A DNA stretch of 64,000 bases from Octopus vulgaris (lineage: Eukaryota). The stretch lies in the NCBI GenBank assembly GCA_951406725.2, contig OX597817.1, forward strand, positions 80,414,001 to 80,478,000. Direction: 5' to 3'. This document shows positions 27,585 through 43,305 of this stretch, in pieces. Numbering within the stretch: the stretch's first letter is position 1; each line of letters begins with the position of its first letter. Under the pieces are notes generated by a model that was not told the DNA's origin, ran no database searches, and saw only the letters and a program-made list of their open reading frames with translations. A program made the position numbers and the translations under genes.

Positions 27585-28911
27585 ACCTATGTATATGAAG
27601 ACTACTTTTCTCGCTGTATTGCGTGTTTTTGCTTCTGTGATTTTATTTTTGATCTTCTATATAAATGAAGATATTTCCATCGTTTTTCTACGAAGAGAGA
27701 AGTTACATTGTAGAACTGTTATTTTAACCGATGTGACACATCTGCACCAACGGATGCTCCTGAACCAGTTGTTAAGTGTCGCATCCCTGACGGATCGATG
27801 CTAGATTTGTCTAAACAATTGTCATGATTAATAAAAGTTCTCGTATATTCTATCTTCCCATCTTCCGTCTTTCATTTACCACATATGTGTGTGTGTGTGT
27901 GTGCGTGTGTACATCTATGTATGTTTATGTATGTATATGCATGTATAAATATATGCATATATATACATACATATATCTATGTGTATATATATATGCATAT
28001 ATGACAATGTATACATAAGTGTATGCGCGTGTGTGTATATTTTTTGAAATAATAGATCAATCAAAGCATCAAAAAGTACATTATAAAAAGTATATTTAAG
28101 GGAAATATCTTAAACTCATTTTTGCTGCCTCTCTACATATTTGCCTTGGTATTTGTGGTTCTGTTGTTTCAACAGATATTTTATCTATATATGTTTACGT
28201 TTATTTATTTTCGTTATTTTGCATCTTTCGGTTTCTCCTTTTATGTTTACAAATAAGTGGTTCTTACATTTCTATCATTGTCGAAGAAAAAAAAAACAGT
28301 TGTCAAAACTTAACCAATGAATAATTTAATCACTGAAAGGGAGGGAAAAAGAGAAAAAAAAACACTCAGGCGTTTTGCCAATTTAATCAACTGTCCATGT
28401 ATAGTGTATAGAAATATAGAGAGATGTGTAGAAATATATAGCCACTTGAAAGAAAGAAAGACAGAACGATAACTAAAGTTAGAGAGAAGACTTTATGCCT
28501 ACACCTTGAATAATATTTTAACGAAATAAACTAGTTAGCAGAGTGTGTGGATATACCATTGATGACAAGCACCGAGGGTGGCCAGAGAATGAACACACTT
28601 ACACGCATGTATGTGAGTATATTCTCAGAAACACATATGTGTGTGTATATACATGTATATATATATGTGTGTGTGTGTGTGCGTGTGTCTGTGTGTCTGT
28701 GTGTGTGTATGTTTATATACATGCATATGTATGTATATATATATACATATATATACACACACATAGATATACATATGCATATGTATATAAACGTATATGT
28801 ATTTCTGTTTTAATATATATCTACATATCTATATCTAGTTATATATTATACATACACACACGAAGGCATATACATACTTACATATATATGTATATATAGA
28901 GAGAGAGAGAC

Positions 28912-28948
<37 letters not shown>

Positions 28949-29391
28949 GACAGACACAGACAGACAGACAGACAGACAGACAGAGACAGAGACAGACAGA
29001 CAGAGCAAGAGAGAGAGAGTGAGAGTGGATGTCAGACAGAGCGAAAGAGAGAGAGTGAATGAGTCGGGGAGAGACTGAGAGAAGGCAAAAGATGTATAGA
29101 TATATATGTATATGTGTGTGTGTAACAGGCAGGCATATGCGAATGTACGTGAGTGCGTGATAAGCGTGAGTGTGTGTTTACACGTATGCGGGCAAAGTAT
29201 GCATGCGTGTATGAACGAATATATCCATATGAAGGAGAATGAAAGTGAAAGTAAAAAATAAAAGTTACAAAAAGAAAACAAAAATCTTTCATCATCATAT
29301 AATTCTGTCTACATATATTACTTTTTTCTTTTCTTCTTCATTATGATGACGTTCTTGAGTAGTAATGATTGGTTCAATGATATATTTTACA

Positions 29392-29432
<41 letters not shown>

Positions 29433-29977
29433 CGTCATTATTATATTCATTAATGTTTTCTTTCTGTTATTGGACAACGATTTATATCTATAGCTGTTGT
29501 TATTTCCCCCTGTTTTCTCTCTGTTTTTTTTTTCTAACGTTTTATTCGTTTGTATTACATTCTTTACTAACAAGTTCGTATCTGTAACGGTTCTTGTACA
29601 GTTCTGCAAACTCAGATATTTACATCATTCATGAAATGTCAGATTAAGTTTATTGCAGCTAACCAGTTGCTTTTGAAAGTAACAAAGCGTTAATACTCAA
29701 AATGATGGCCACATTTTTACTCCGTTTCTCTCATACTCTCACAGTATGTTTTCTTTTTCCCTGTTTTTCTATATATTTAATATATATATATATATATATG
29801 TGTGTGTATTTGTAATATGTATGAATGTGTGTGTACGTTGCGGTACATGAGGGTGAGAACCATCAAAATGTGCATGAATATTTAAACAACCTAAATAATA
29901 GGCTCTCCAGACGACAGTCTCAAATTGACTATACCCGCCCCGTAGCTTATAAAAGGTAAAAACTGAGAAAAAGTTTC

Positions 29978-30300
29978 AAACAAAAGCTCACAGAGCTCAC
30001 AAACCTCCTCCAAGTCAACACCAACGCCTTCTCAACGATTAGCCGGAAATGATTTTTAGAATGAGAATATCTGAAATAAACTCGACTGGTTCACAAACGA
30101 GAATACTAAAAATGAACCCGACCGTTCTCAAAAATTGCGTAAAAAAAAACGGCAAAATAATCCAGAATCCTTGTCCGAGGTCAAACATTCCCGAAAGTTT
30201 CATTCGAATCCACCCATCGATTCTTGAGGTATCTTCTCCATAGACAGACAAAGAAACACGACTGAAAACAACATCGCCTTCGCTAAGGCGGAGGTAATAA
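29978..30300 (-). mobile_element. Helentron-associated (HINE/DINE-like) non-autonomous element
   Basis: Minus strand starts ttattacctccgcc...gtctgtct and ends ggaggaggtttgtgagctctgtgagctt: a subterminal inverted repeat plus a short palindrome. Confidence 0.65.
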
Positions 30301-30310
30301 ACACAGACAT

Positions 30311-30608
30311 AGGCATACGAGGGCTGTGTGGTAAGAAGCTGGCTTCCTAAACACATGGTTCTGGGTTCAGTCCCACTGCAAGTCACCTTGCGCAAGTGTC
30401 TTCAACTATAGCCTCTGAGTGGATTTGGTAGCCGCAAACTGAAAGAAACTTGTATGCGTATGCATGTATGCATTGTATGCATTTGTGTTTGTCTCCGATG
30501 TTGGTGTGTTGACTTCCGAAAGAGACCGCTAGAATAAGTACTAGGCTTACAAAGAATAAGTCTTGTTCGACTAAATGCAGTGCTCCAACATGGCCGCAGT
30601 CAAATGAT
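30311..30608 (+). mobile_element. SINE family B
   Basis: ggctgtgtggtaagaagct...gggttcagtcccactgc...gagtggatttggtag...gctccaacatggccgcagtcaaatga. Confidence 0.85.
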
Positions 30609-30697
30609 CATTGCACTTGAAGTAATGACATGCTGACTGAATTAGTTGTTTTATACTACATATGGTATATATACACATATACATAGATACATACATA

Positions 30698-30900
30698 GGG
30701 CCGGTTTAAGACCCAGCGAGGCCCTAAGTACTTAAAATATTTCGGTGCCTCCATAAAAGATTATGTAATTCAAAATATACACAGTAACAAGCCATAAATA
30801 AATCTTTATTTTTCAAAACGAAGCAAAACTCTAAGAGGGAAAATAATGAGGGAAAATCAGATCCTCAGAGTTAATCTTACGTAACACATCTGCATCTATA
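30698..30900 (+). mobile_element. hAT-type MITE end fragment
   Basis: tagggccggtttaag...gaggccctaag resembles hAT terminal sequence; the other end was not found. Confidence 0.4.
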
Positions 30901-31270
30901 CTTAGTAGAGATAAAGGCTGTGTTTATATGCTTAGTGGCCATGACGAAAGAGATTGTAAGGTGGACGAGATGGAAGGGGCTGAAGACAAACACTTTTCTC
31001 TTTGGCCAATCCCTGATCAATTTCTCCAAGTTTCACTTGAAAAGAAAAATAAGAGTAGAGAGGAAAGTGTTGTCCTCTAGCCAGTCTAGAAGGTGGATGA
31101 AAGTGGCGAGAATAGTGCGAGTGAACGCGCCTGCTCTGGGCATAAGCCTGTAGTTCATAAAAAGGAAAGGAAAAAAAGGCACCTGCCCCAAAAATCAGGG
31201 CACCCGTAGTTCTTTATGAGGTTTTTCCATGAGTAGCCCTTGAACGTCTCCACCCCCTATTGAGGATTAC
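30900..31270 (+). mobile_element. Tx1/L1-clade LINE 3' fragment
   Basis: VFICLVAMTKEIVRWTRWKGLKTNTFLFGQSLINFSKFHLKRKIRVERKVLSSSQSRRWMKVAR resembles the Tx1 ORF2 C-terminus. Confidence 0.55.
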
Positions 31271-31399
31271 ACATTGTTGATTTTTTCTTTCTTTTTTTTT
31301 GTTCGTCTTGTTTACATGCAAAACCCTGACAACACACATTCACACACATACATTCTTCGTTCTGCCCTGTACTGCCCATAATGCTTTTCTTAATGTAAA

Positions 31400-32770
<1,371 letters not shown>

Positions 32771-33170
32771 TTCTGGCAAGATACGCTTAGTTTTAACACA
32801 GAATAAAATTTGTGAAATAATCCACTGATTCAGCGTAAATGAGATTATGGTTTTTATTTCACCATCTCTTTATGTTTTTCTATTATTTGTATTATGTTAA
32901 GTAATAGATCAACAGTTTCTTTCTAAGCAAATTGAATTTTTTTCTGGGACGAAAGACTACTTTGGCTGATAGTTACTTAGCATCAAATATATAAATAACA
33001 GCACCATACTACCGCGAAAAATTGCACTCATTACAAAATCTAAACTATATATTTATGATAGCAGTTTTTATTAGTTGAGTTTAATGAATTCCCAGAAGAC
33101 CTATTGTATACTGTAGCATTTTGTTTCCTGTTAAACAGTATACTACATGGATGAACTTGCTATTCTATGA

Positions 33171-33211
<41 letters not shown>

Positions 33212-35930
33212 ACATAACAATAAGTATACAATCTTTAAGTTATTTCGACGCATATCGCGACTGCGACCTGACTTCTTTTCTGGGTGGATATTATTAAATT
33301 CGAAAGCAAATTATAAGCAGGCTATGCATTGATACAATAGAAACAAAGCTGTGCTGCAACTTTGACTTCGACCCTTATGATATCAACCGACCTAAGACCA
33401 TCCCTTTGGGTCTACCATTCAAACGTATTACTTTAAGGTTAGCTACAACATAATTCCATGTTAATTTAAGCTACAAATACCAGCTTAATAATGATGAAGT
33501 TACTTCACAAAGTTCTTCATTAATCTTACTATCAAATGAAACAAAGACTATTTCAACAGAAATATCATAGCAAAGGATTTTGTGGTGAGTATACAGCACT
33601 GACACAACAGGCATAGAATATACAAACTGATCTTCAGGATAATTGAGCAGAATCCATCGATCTATTAATAATTAATGCAAGAAGAATGGAACTCGATAGT
33701 GCAGACTATCAACACAATGGTCAAACCTATAATATCACCATTTTAAACCGTGTTAAGTTGTTCTTTCAAGGTAATATCGATCTATACTATGATAGCAATG
33801 AACAAAAACAAAAAAGAACAACACAGGAGAGACAAGTTTTAACAAATATTTTATAAACTTAACGCTTAACAAATCGGGAAAATATCTTAACGTTTCAGAA
33901 GCTAATCCTTTGTCAGAGGACAGTGCAGGAAGAGTGAGAAGGAAGAAAAATGGTTGAGAAAAGAAAATAAATAAAGAAGAAGTCAAGGTGTCGAACAATT
34001 CTGTGGGTGGAGAACTATGAAGAAAAGAAAGGGTGGGTTTTTGCGAGGGTATCCATGTTTAGTGATTAGTATTATAAGAAAGAGCTGTGTCTGTGGTTAT
34101 GTGTTGTGTGTGTATGTGCGCAGTGCTATAAAAGTACGAAATTATATTGGCGTATATTGGTTAGTAACGATGTGGTATGTTAGCGTGTGTTTGCGTAATC
34201 GTTAAGTGAGTTTGAGGAAAGTGTGTCTACTTATATCTGAACTATAAGTTCAATGTATTGCCTGTGGAAGCTCAAATAATACTAGTGCCGGTATACATCA
34301 CAGTCAGTTGAAGTGTGTTATGTCAAACCCCCATTTTCATACACTTCAAGCTGGGAATTTTATCTATGTATGTTTCATACACTGGTTTATCCTAATGAAA
34401 CAGTTTCTCGACATCAATACTGACATCTCTCTATTTCACAGTTGAATTGTTGGCATGGCTCCATAGGACAGTTGCTTCATTAAAATATCATTGAATTTCT
34501 TTGTATACGCATAAATACGTGTGAATGTTTGTGGATTTGTGGAGATTGCGGTGGCTATATATTTGTGATTGTAAGGAAGCCCAATAGGAAGTATACATAG
34601 AACTGAATGTGAATGCATACATTTGTGTATGTGTGTACCTGTGAGTAATTGTGTATAAAGTGTTTTGGTATGTGGGTGTGAGTTTTAAGAAACCTGCGTG
34701 TGGCTGTTTATGTGTGAGTGTAGGTCTCTATGTGGTGTATATGAGAGATAGAGATGGAGAAAGCAAAGCAGAGGAATGTATGTTTATGGACAAAAGAAAA
34801 TTATTGTCCATAAAGAAACTATAGATTAAAATTAAAATCACATGTCGTTATTAAAGACGAGAAAAGGCTAGATAAAGATATACATTTGTCAAAGTTAGTT
34901 TATTATGTCCGCTAGATAATGAAATATTGTTACAATAAACAACTCAGACAGGGCTGTTAGGCGGGAATGGAAGTGACTATAGAGAAATTATAGTAGTGAA
35001 GAATTAATATATCAAGTTTAGGGCGTTGTTCCTGTTGTTGTAGTTTAGTTTCAAGTCAGTCCTCATCAAATAAACCTCAGACAGTGATAGCAAAGCATTT
35101 GGACTCGGTGGTAGAATTTATAATTACTTTAGTAATCCTACTATTGAACTGTCACATGTCGAAATGTATCTTAGTTTGAGGCAAATTCTATAGATAAGCA
35201 TTTTAATAATATTATAGGGAGAGTGTAATTTTATCAGCCAAAATGTACCACAGGAAAACCCGCCGTGTCTCAATCCTTACATACATACCATAAAGGTGCT
35301 ATCATGATGAAACGCTTATAATTTTTTAAATAGAAAGCATTTCATCATATATTTTTGATGCAGGACGGTGAAGCATTCCGGAGTGCATACTACACTGGTT
35401 GTAATAAGCCAGGAGAAATGCAAATGGCATTATTACAAGATCAACTTTTGGAGACTTAGAGAGAGAGAGAAGTATAAAAATGTCAGATTTTTGTAATACC
35501 ATCTCTAATCATCAGTTAAAAGATGAACAAGATCCCCTTACACATACCCTCCTCTCTCGCAGGGAGCACAGTGACAGGAAAGAAAAGTGAAAGTGGGAGA
35601 AAAATTTTGTTTCTCCAGGTCGTTCAAATATTCCTGAGGACTAACGTGGTCACATGATTTCAAGAGAAGAGTATCATGTTGCCATGCAAAGACTGATGCA
35701 AGGAAGCAGCGGTAAAGTAAGTCACTGAATACCAGAAGCAAGACCAGCAAAACAATGACTACTTCCAGTTAAGGCTAGCTTCGGGGTTTGCATTTCTGAG
35801 AATGCTGCGAATAGCAAAAAAGGGGAAAGAAGACAACTCCTTACATGTTGGGAGATGTACAATCCGTTTCCAAACGTGACCCATATTCAGTTACAGAAAT
35901 TATTAATACGATGTCATAATTAACAAATTA

Positions 35931-35990
<60 letters not shown>

Positions 35991-35998
35991 TCACTCTC

Positions 35999-36045
<47 letters not shown>

Positions 36046-36396
36046 CTATATATCTATCTATCTGTTTTTCTCTCTTTCTTTCGCTCTCTCTCTCTCTCTC
36101 TCGCTGTCTCTTTCTCTCTTTTTCTTCCACTCTCTTTCTTTCTCTCTCTCTTTTTCCTCGCTCCCCGAAAACGATTTACAGATGATTTATTTTCATAGTA
36201 AGCAGCTACGTACATGCTCTGGAATAAGCTGAGATAGTTCGACTGGAGGCCAATAAGATGGGTAGTTACTGGTCAACGCTGCCCAACTGTTGAGTCAAGG
36301 AATTAGTGGTTTAGCGTTTAAAGTTTCAAAGAGATATAATCACGAACTGATTACTTCTCTTGGCTGCACGTTAGTCATAAGCAAGTCACAGAATAT

Positions 36397-36517
<121 letters not shown>

Positions 36518-36719
36518 GTATATATGTATATATATGTATATATGTATATATGATATATATATATGCATATATTATATATATATATGATATATATATATAT
36601 ATATATGTATATTATATATATATATATATATGTGTGTGTGTATATATATATATATATATGAATATATTTTTTATTACCCTGTTTTATCAAGTTTAAATAT
36701 TACTTGATAAATTTGTTCG

Positions 36720-37201
36720 TAAATTCTTTTACCGGCATCCTCTCTGTCGCCGGGTATGATTTACGTCTGCGCAGAGGTTTGAAAAGTTAGGATATACAAA
36801 CCGTTAGATCTACATGTGCTTCTAACAGTCTGTGCATCTAGGATTATGAAGGCTTCCCACTGAAGAACCTTGTCTTGGCAAATATATTCTGTTCGTTTGC
36901 TAAAAATAGGTAGAAACCGTTGGTCTGGGATATAGCTGAGATGGTAAACATTTTAAATTTTCATTCCTTTCATGAATTTATCCCTTTTTGGTTTTCTAGC
37001 ACAACGCTTCCTTATTTGGAAGCCATTTATTGTATTTCTATATGAATAATATATAGTCTAATGATTAATTCGTCTTTTGTGCTAGGCTACTGGTAATAAT
37101 AATTTATTTTTTATTCCCTGTTTTATTATATTTAAATATATATATGTATATATGTATATATATATGTATATATGTATATATATATGTATATATGTATATA
37201 T

Positions 37202-37267
<66 letters not shown>

Positions 37268-37990
37268 ATATGTATATATAAATCAAAATAAGTTACAAGG
37301 ATATCCAGAGGTAATGAAGTACGATCGTTTCAAGCAACTCCATTAATTGAAAAATGCAATCATTACATCAATTTAAATGTAGAGCAGTCCTCAGCTGCAC
37401 AAAGGCATAGAATTTAATTAAATTAAAACAGATGGACACATTAGTATAATTTTACCTAAAATCTCCAAGAAGGTAAGGAAATAGACAAAGAACATGCTAC
37501 CCTCACTTCAGCTTAGAAGCTTCAAAGGTATCTGGAAGAAAGACTTGTTACAGATTTTTCTTGTCACAGTTTTATGGGGTCGGTTTTAATTTATAGACTA
37601 GTTTATAGACTAGTCAAATCTTTTTATATCTAAGGCCGAGAGAACAAGGACCAGTGTCTGTTGAAGGAGTCGATAGATATCATAGTGGGCATAGTAAAAC
37701 AAAAAAGACTTATTAGAAGCAATATCATGAGATTTGGTAAAGAAAAACTTAAATCAAGTTGTTAGCTGACAATTAAGGGGTGTGGTGGCCACTAGCAGAC
37801 CATTGATAATGAAGCAGGGGAAATCCTATCATGTAGTACTATAATTAAATATTTTAAACAATACTGCAATATTGTATAAAGTGAAAGTTTGGGGTTATTT
37901 AGTAGATTATTAAGAAGAATATTATAACAAAAGGATAAAACGTTGTTTGAATACTTTTGAGTATATACCAAACTTTTACCACAATAGAGG
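36720..37990 (-). mobile_element. Possible decayed Penelope-like RT/linker remnant
   Basis: Minus-strand pieces GFPLLHYQ, LVLSALDIKR and HNPRCTDC loosely match PLE RT motifs and the cysteine linker. Confidence 0.3.
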
Positions 37991-38042
37991 GAAGAAAAGA
38001 AATTATCTAGAAATAGTTATATGTATATATTTGTATATATAT

Positions 38043-38079
<37 letters not shown>

Positions 38080-38126
38080 TACATATATATGTATATATAT
38101 GTATATATATATATATGTATGTGTAA

Positions 38127-38165
<39 letters not shown>

Positions 38166-38519
38166 CATGTATGTATGTATATATATACAAGATTTATGGT
38201 ATGGAGTATGGGAAATCCGGGTTACATATGTTTCATAGCGAGTAGAACCTCAAGAGTGATAAAATCCAAGTGCAGTGTATACCACCGACTACTCTTCAGG
38301 CCAAGGATATTTTGATTAGATTAAACATTACGTTGTCGCAAAGAGGTACATGATGACGCAAAGATTCGATCAGAATGTGTGAGAGGAACAGTATGTGAGG
38401 GGTATATACATGAGGGGAGAAATAAGTAATAGAAGAATTCACTACGGATTGCTCGAAGCTAATATTCTACCCACACCTTGATCTCTGGATCTTACATTTA
38501 TATATGTATATATATATAT

Positions 38520-38652
<133 letters not shown>

Positions 38653-38789
38653 TAGGTAGATATGCATACATATATATATATATGTATATAGCTAGATTGG
38701 CCTTCATACTGGCAAGGAGGGATAAGCATCCCTCTGTGATTCATCCAATAATGCAGTATCGCCTGATGAAATGACTCAATGAGGATTAT

Positions 38790-38970
38790 TAAGCAAAATG
38801 CTTAGCGGCATTTCTTCCGTCTTCACTTGCTGCATTAAAAACAACCAGCCTGGTCAACTTTGCCTTTCATCTTTCGAGGTCGAAAAATAAGTACTAGTTG
38901 AGCATTAGGGTCGATGTAAGCGACTAAAACCCTAGCCGGAGCTTGGTGGCCTTGTATCAAAATTTGAAAC
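38790..38970 (+). mobile_element. SINE family A
   Basis: aaaatgcttagcggcatttc...gtcaactttgcctttcatctttcgaggtcgaaaaataagtactag. Confidence 0.8.
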
Positions 38971-39041
38971 CAATAAGCACACGAACTTGAACGGTAAATC
39001 CACAAGTTTTTTATTGTCTCTCTGTTTATTTTCTCTTGTTC

Positions 39042-39077
39042 CTTTCTGATGAAGAGCATAGGGTCGAAACGTAAAAG
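39042..39077 (+). ncRNA. Minimal type-I hammerhead ribozyme motif within a PLE terminal-repeat-like element (about 39000-39166)
   Basis: CTTT-CTGATGA-A-GAGC-atag-GGTC-GAAA-CG-TA-AAAG. Core intact, helix I CUUU/AAAG, helix II with one G.G mismatch, palindromic ACGU helix III. Confidence 0.7.
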
Positions 39078-39290
39078 ACATTTTCACTTTCCCGAGCGTC
39101 AAACTAATACACCTGCTTGTTGTTCATACACCTGTCTCCGTCTTGATTTTCTGCAAATTTCAACTATATATATATATGCATACATAAATAGGTACAGAAA
39201 TACACGGATACATGCATATATAATATGAGTATGTGTATGTATGTGTGTATGAATAGATAGATAGACAGATAGATCGATAGATAGATAGAC

Positions 39291-39354
<64 letters not shown>

Positions 39355-40419
39355 ATACGTACATACATACATACATACATACATACATACATACATACAT
39401 ACATACATGCATACATACATACATACATACATACATACATACATACATACATGCATATACACGCACGCACACAAACACACAATCGATCTCGACACAATCT
39501 AACAGAGAAAGACGGACGCCAGCAATTTTCTGGGGGTTTTTTTGCTATTGTTGTGGTTGATGTGTTTCTTGCGACAATTAACCAATATTGATGATGATGA
39601 TGAAGAAGATGACGAAGACGACGACGACTAGTAGGAATAGGAGAAGGATTATGATGTTGATGATGATGATGTTCATCATCATCATTATCATCATCCTCAT
39701 GAGAAAAACGATTTCTCTACTATCAGACATTCGTTAAAGCGTCAACATTTAGAACTGTGACTTCTACTAATAAATACATCATCATTTGGAAACCTGGTAC
39801 AATTCTTTTAAATAACTAATTTATTAAACCAGTTGAAGAGCTGATATGAAAGCTTGTCATTATTTTCTTTTTTATGTTTATCTATTTCATTATTATATAT
39901 GATTTTATGAACACTGCGGTAACCGGTGTCTAGCTATCTACTAGCAACCAAATGCTATTGAATTAAATTGTAAAATTGTACGTGATGACTAAAAGGAAAA
40001 AGAAAGAAATAGACTAAATGACTAAGAATGTATGTGTATATGTCTGTGTAATGATTATATCATACATGTATAAGTATGTATGTGCATATATATCTGTGTG
40101 TGTGTATTTACGTGTCTGAATGCATGTATGTATACTTACGTGTATGTATGTGTGTATATGGGTGTATACACTCATATATGTTTATATACACATATATATG
40201 TATGCATGTATGTGTGTATATATAGGTATGTATATATATATCTGTATTCTGTATGTATGCATATATATAACTATTAGAAGAAAATATATGTGTCTTACTG
40301 TATGTAAATACATATGCAATATATGTATATTTATATTTATGTATTTGTATATATATATTCATATATATATATTATATATATAGGTATATATGTAGATATA
40401 TATTTACATACATAGATAC

Positions 40420-40468
<49 letters not shown>

Positions 40469-40528
40469 TGTAAGTATGTATGTATGTATGTATGTATGTA
40501 TGTATGTGTATATATATCTATATCTATC

Positions 40529-40560
<32 letters not shown>

Positions 40561-41024
40561 CATAAAATCTCTTATAACATTAAGTGTGCATATGGGTCAC
40601 AGACAAAAGCTTTGTCTTCGTGTAATATATGTCTCAAAATCTAGTCTCGCTGATAGTATCTATCTATTTTCAATAATGAAGGTAATTACAGGTATATCTA
40701 ATAAGTGCAATGAAATCGCTTGGCTTGGGATCAAATCCACATGACAAACATTGCCCACCAGGGACATGCAATCTTTTGAAGATTCCAACGATCAACTACC
40801 GATCCTCGAAAGAAATAATGGACAAGAATAAACAGAAAAGCTTGTATCTGATTCTTCTAACTGCTACATGTAACAGCAAAGGTTCCCTTATATCGTACCC
40901 TTCCGTTTTCCGAAAGAAGGAAGCAATTTTGTTGAATAAATGTTTTATTCAGAGATAGAGCAATAATTCTTTCTTCTCTAGATCTCTCTGATTCTCAAAT
41001 TTCGCACGTTTTAATTTTTTCTAG

Positions 41025-41236
41025 TTTTCACTTGTTTCAGTCATTTGAGTGTGGCCATGCTGGAGCACCGCCTTTAGTCGAGCACATCGACCCCAGAACT
41101 TATTCTTTGTGAGCCTAGTACTTATTCTATCGGTCTCTTTCGCCGAACCGCTAAGTTACGGGGACGTAAACTCACCAGCAATCGTTGTCAAGTAATGTTG
41201 AGGGGACAAACACAGACACACAAAAACACACACACA

Positions 41237-41286
<50 letters not shown>

Positions 41287-41450
41287 CGACGTGCTTTTCT
41301 CAGTTTCCGTTTACCAAATCCACTCACTAGGTTTTGGTTGGCCCGAGGCTATAATAGAAGGCACTTGCCCAAGGTGCCACGCAATGGGAGTGAAACCGGA
41401 ATCATGTGGTCCGTAAGCAAGCTACTTACCACACAGCCACTCCTACGCCT
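41025..41450 (-). mobile_element. Full-length SINE family B
   Basis: Minus strand aggcgtaggagtggctgtgtggtaagtagcttgc...internal (TA)n/(TG)n...gctccagcatggccacactcaaatgactgaaacaagt. Confidence 0.9.
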
Positions 41451-41920
41451 ATAAAAATTGCTGCTTAAATTCCTGCAAATCCCTATTTTAATAAAAAAGC
41501 GTACTGAATGATGTCCAAGATACACTGTATGTGAAAATCAGATAGAATAGCAACGGTTGGAATTCCTTGATCATACATTGGCTTGATCAAGACTGATCTA
41601 AGTTTAAAGCAACATCGCCATCACCAAGAACAACTTAATGTATGTTCAAATCATTTTTAATGTTTAGTTATAATAGAAAAGAGAACTTCTGTGATCCTTT
41701 TCAGATCCTAAAAAACTGATGGCATACAGGGAGGATGCTATCTTTACTTTGGAGATCTGGAACAAATTTTTACAATAAATTCCTCAGAGGCATACGCCGG
41801 AGTGTTATGCCGGACGTCAAATTAAGTAATTCATAATATCGTTGCCATTGTCTGCGTTGATGTTATTGTGTGTGGTGGTGGTAATGGTAGTGGGAATTCT
41901 GGTTATATTTTTTAGCTCCA

Positions 41921-42100
41921 AAGCGGCGAGCTAGCAGAATCGTGAACGCGCCGGGCTTAGCGGCTTTGACTTTCTGAGTTCAAATTCCGCCGAGGTCGAC
42001 TTGCCTTTCATCCTTTCGGGGTCGATAATTTAAGTACCAGTGAAACATTGGGATCGATATAATAGACTATCCCTCTTTCCCAAATTTCAAGACTTGTAAA
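41921..42100 (+). mobile_element. SINE family A
   Basis: gcggcgagctagcagaatcg...gaggtcgacttgcctttcatcctttcggggtcgataatttaagtaccag. Confidence 0.85.
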
Positions 42101-43233
42101 AAGGAGTATATTTTTTAGTCCCACGTCCGCTTAAAAGAATCAAGTCTTTTCAAACTGTCACCTTCTCTCTTTACTATGAAATGATTCAGTGAATAAGCTG
42201 GCAAGTTGTCATACTTGTTTGTCTAATACAGTAAAGAAAAGAGTATCGCGGAGTAAATCATCCAATGTGACCTGTCTCTTTTTTTTTTAGATAGTGTTGG
42301 AAGCGTGAGATTTGAGCGATATCTGGTTCGTCTCAGAACAATTGTTGTCTATTAAGTGTTGAGCTTAACACCACCGTTTGGTTCTTATGTGCTTTAGAGA
42401 AATACACCTCGTTGCAAGCTTTCAGGCAAGGCTTCTGCTTGAGAATATCAGCCTTCTTCACCGCCTCAAGTTTAACGGGGAAAAACAAATCAAAAAGGTA
42501 AATCTGAAAAACCTGTCTATATTAAACGAAAAAGAAAACGTAAAAAATGCCTAAATGAAAGAATCCTTAACAAGTATAAATCGCTTGTAAAGAGAATCAG
42601 AAGGTGTCGTACGTTAACGAAATGTCATATGGATAAAAGTATTGAGGAATGTATTATCCAATGTGCCTCTACTTTTTTATATTCACAAAGACAATGTTGG
42701 TAGACTGGGATTTGAGCGATATCTGGCTCGTTTCATAATAATTTTTGTGCAGTAAGTGTGTTTCTAATCCACGATAGAACAGTAAAATTCTCTCGTTTAC
42801 AGAAGACTATATTTTCCAAATTTAATACCTTTGTAAATGTTATCGATGATAAATACTCGCCATTATTCTAATAAACTGATGCCTTCATTGATATGCTTTC
42901 TCCTGGATGATTGATGACGGTAGCTCTGTTAAGCAATATTATCTCATCTGTCTGTTCATTATCGTAATGGCGATTCCACTGATTGGTCACACTGAACACT
43001 CCTGATCACTTTATGGTCTACTCTTCCACGCTGATCTACATTTTCGATGATTGATTAACGTTTATATATTAAGCCAATTGTTTCATTTCCATCTCTTGTT
43101 TAGTTTGGTTTAGTTCTCTTTTACTTTTAATGCTTTACTTTTGTTTTTCGATATTTTAGTTTTGCTTTTATATAATTGGTTTTCTTGCTTGAATTTGTTG
43201 CAGTTATTATTGTTAATCTTTCTCTTTCTCTCT

Positions 43234-43305
<72 letters not shown>

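Noticed and set aside
35619-35722. Exon-like segment (ttctccag ... gtaagt) encoding MISREEYHVAMQRL
   Set aside because: All three frames from the acceptor contain stops, and the peptide resembles the LINE pre-RT I..EE...A...L..GKA.G motif, so it is likely an old LINE relic.
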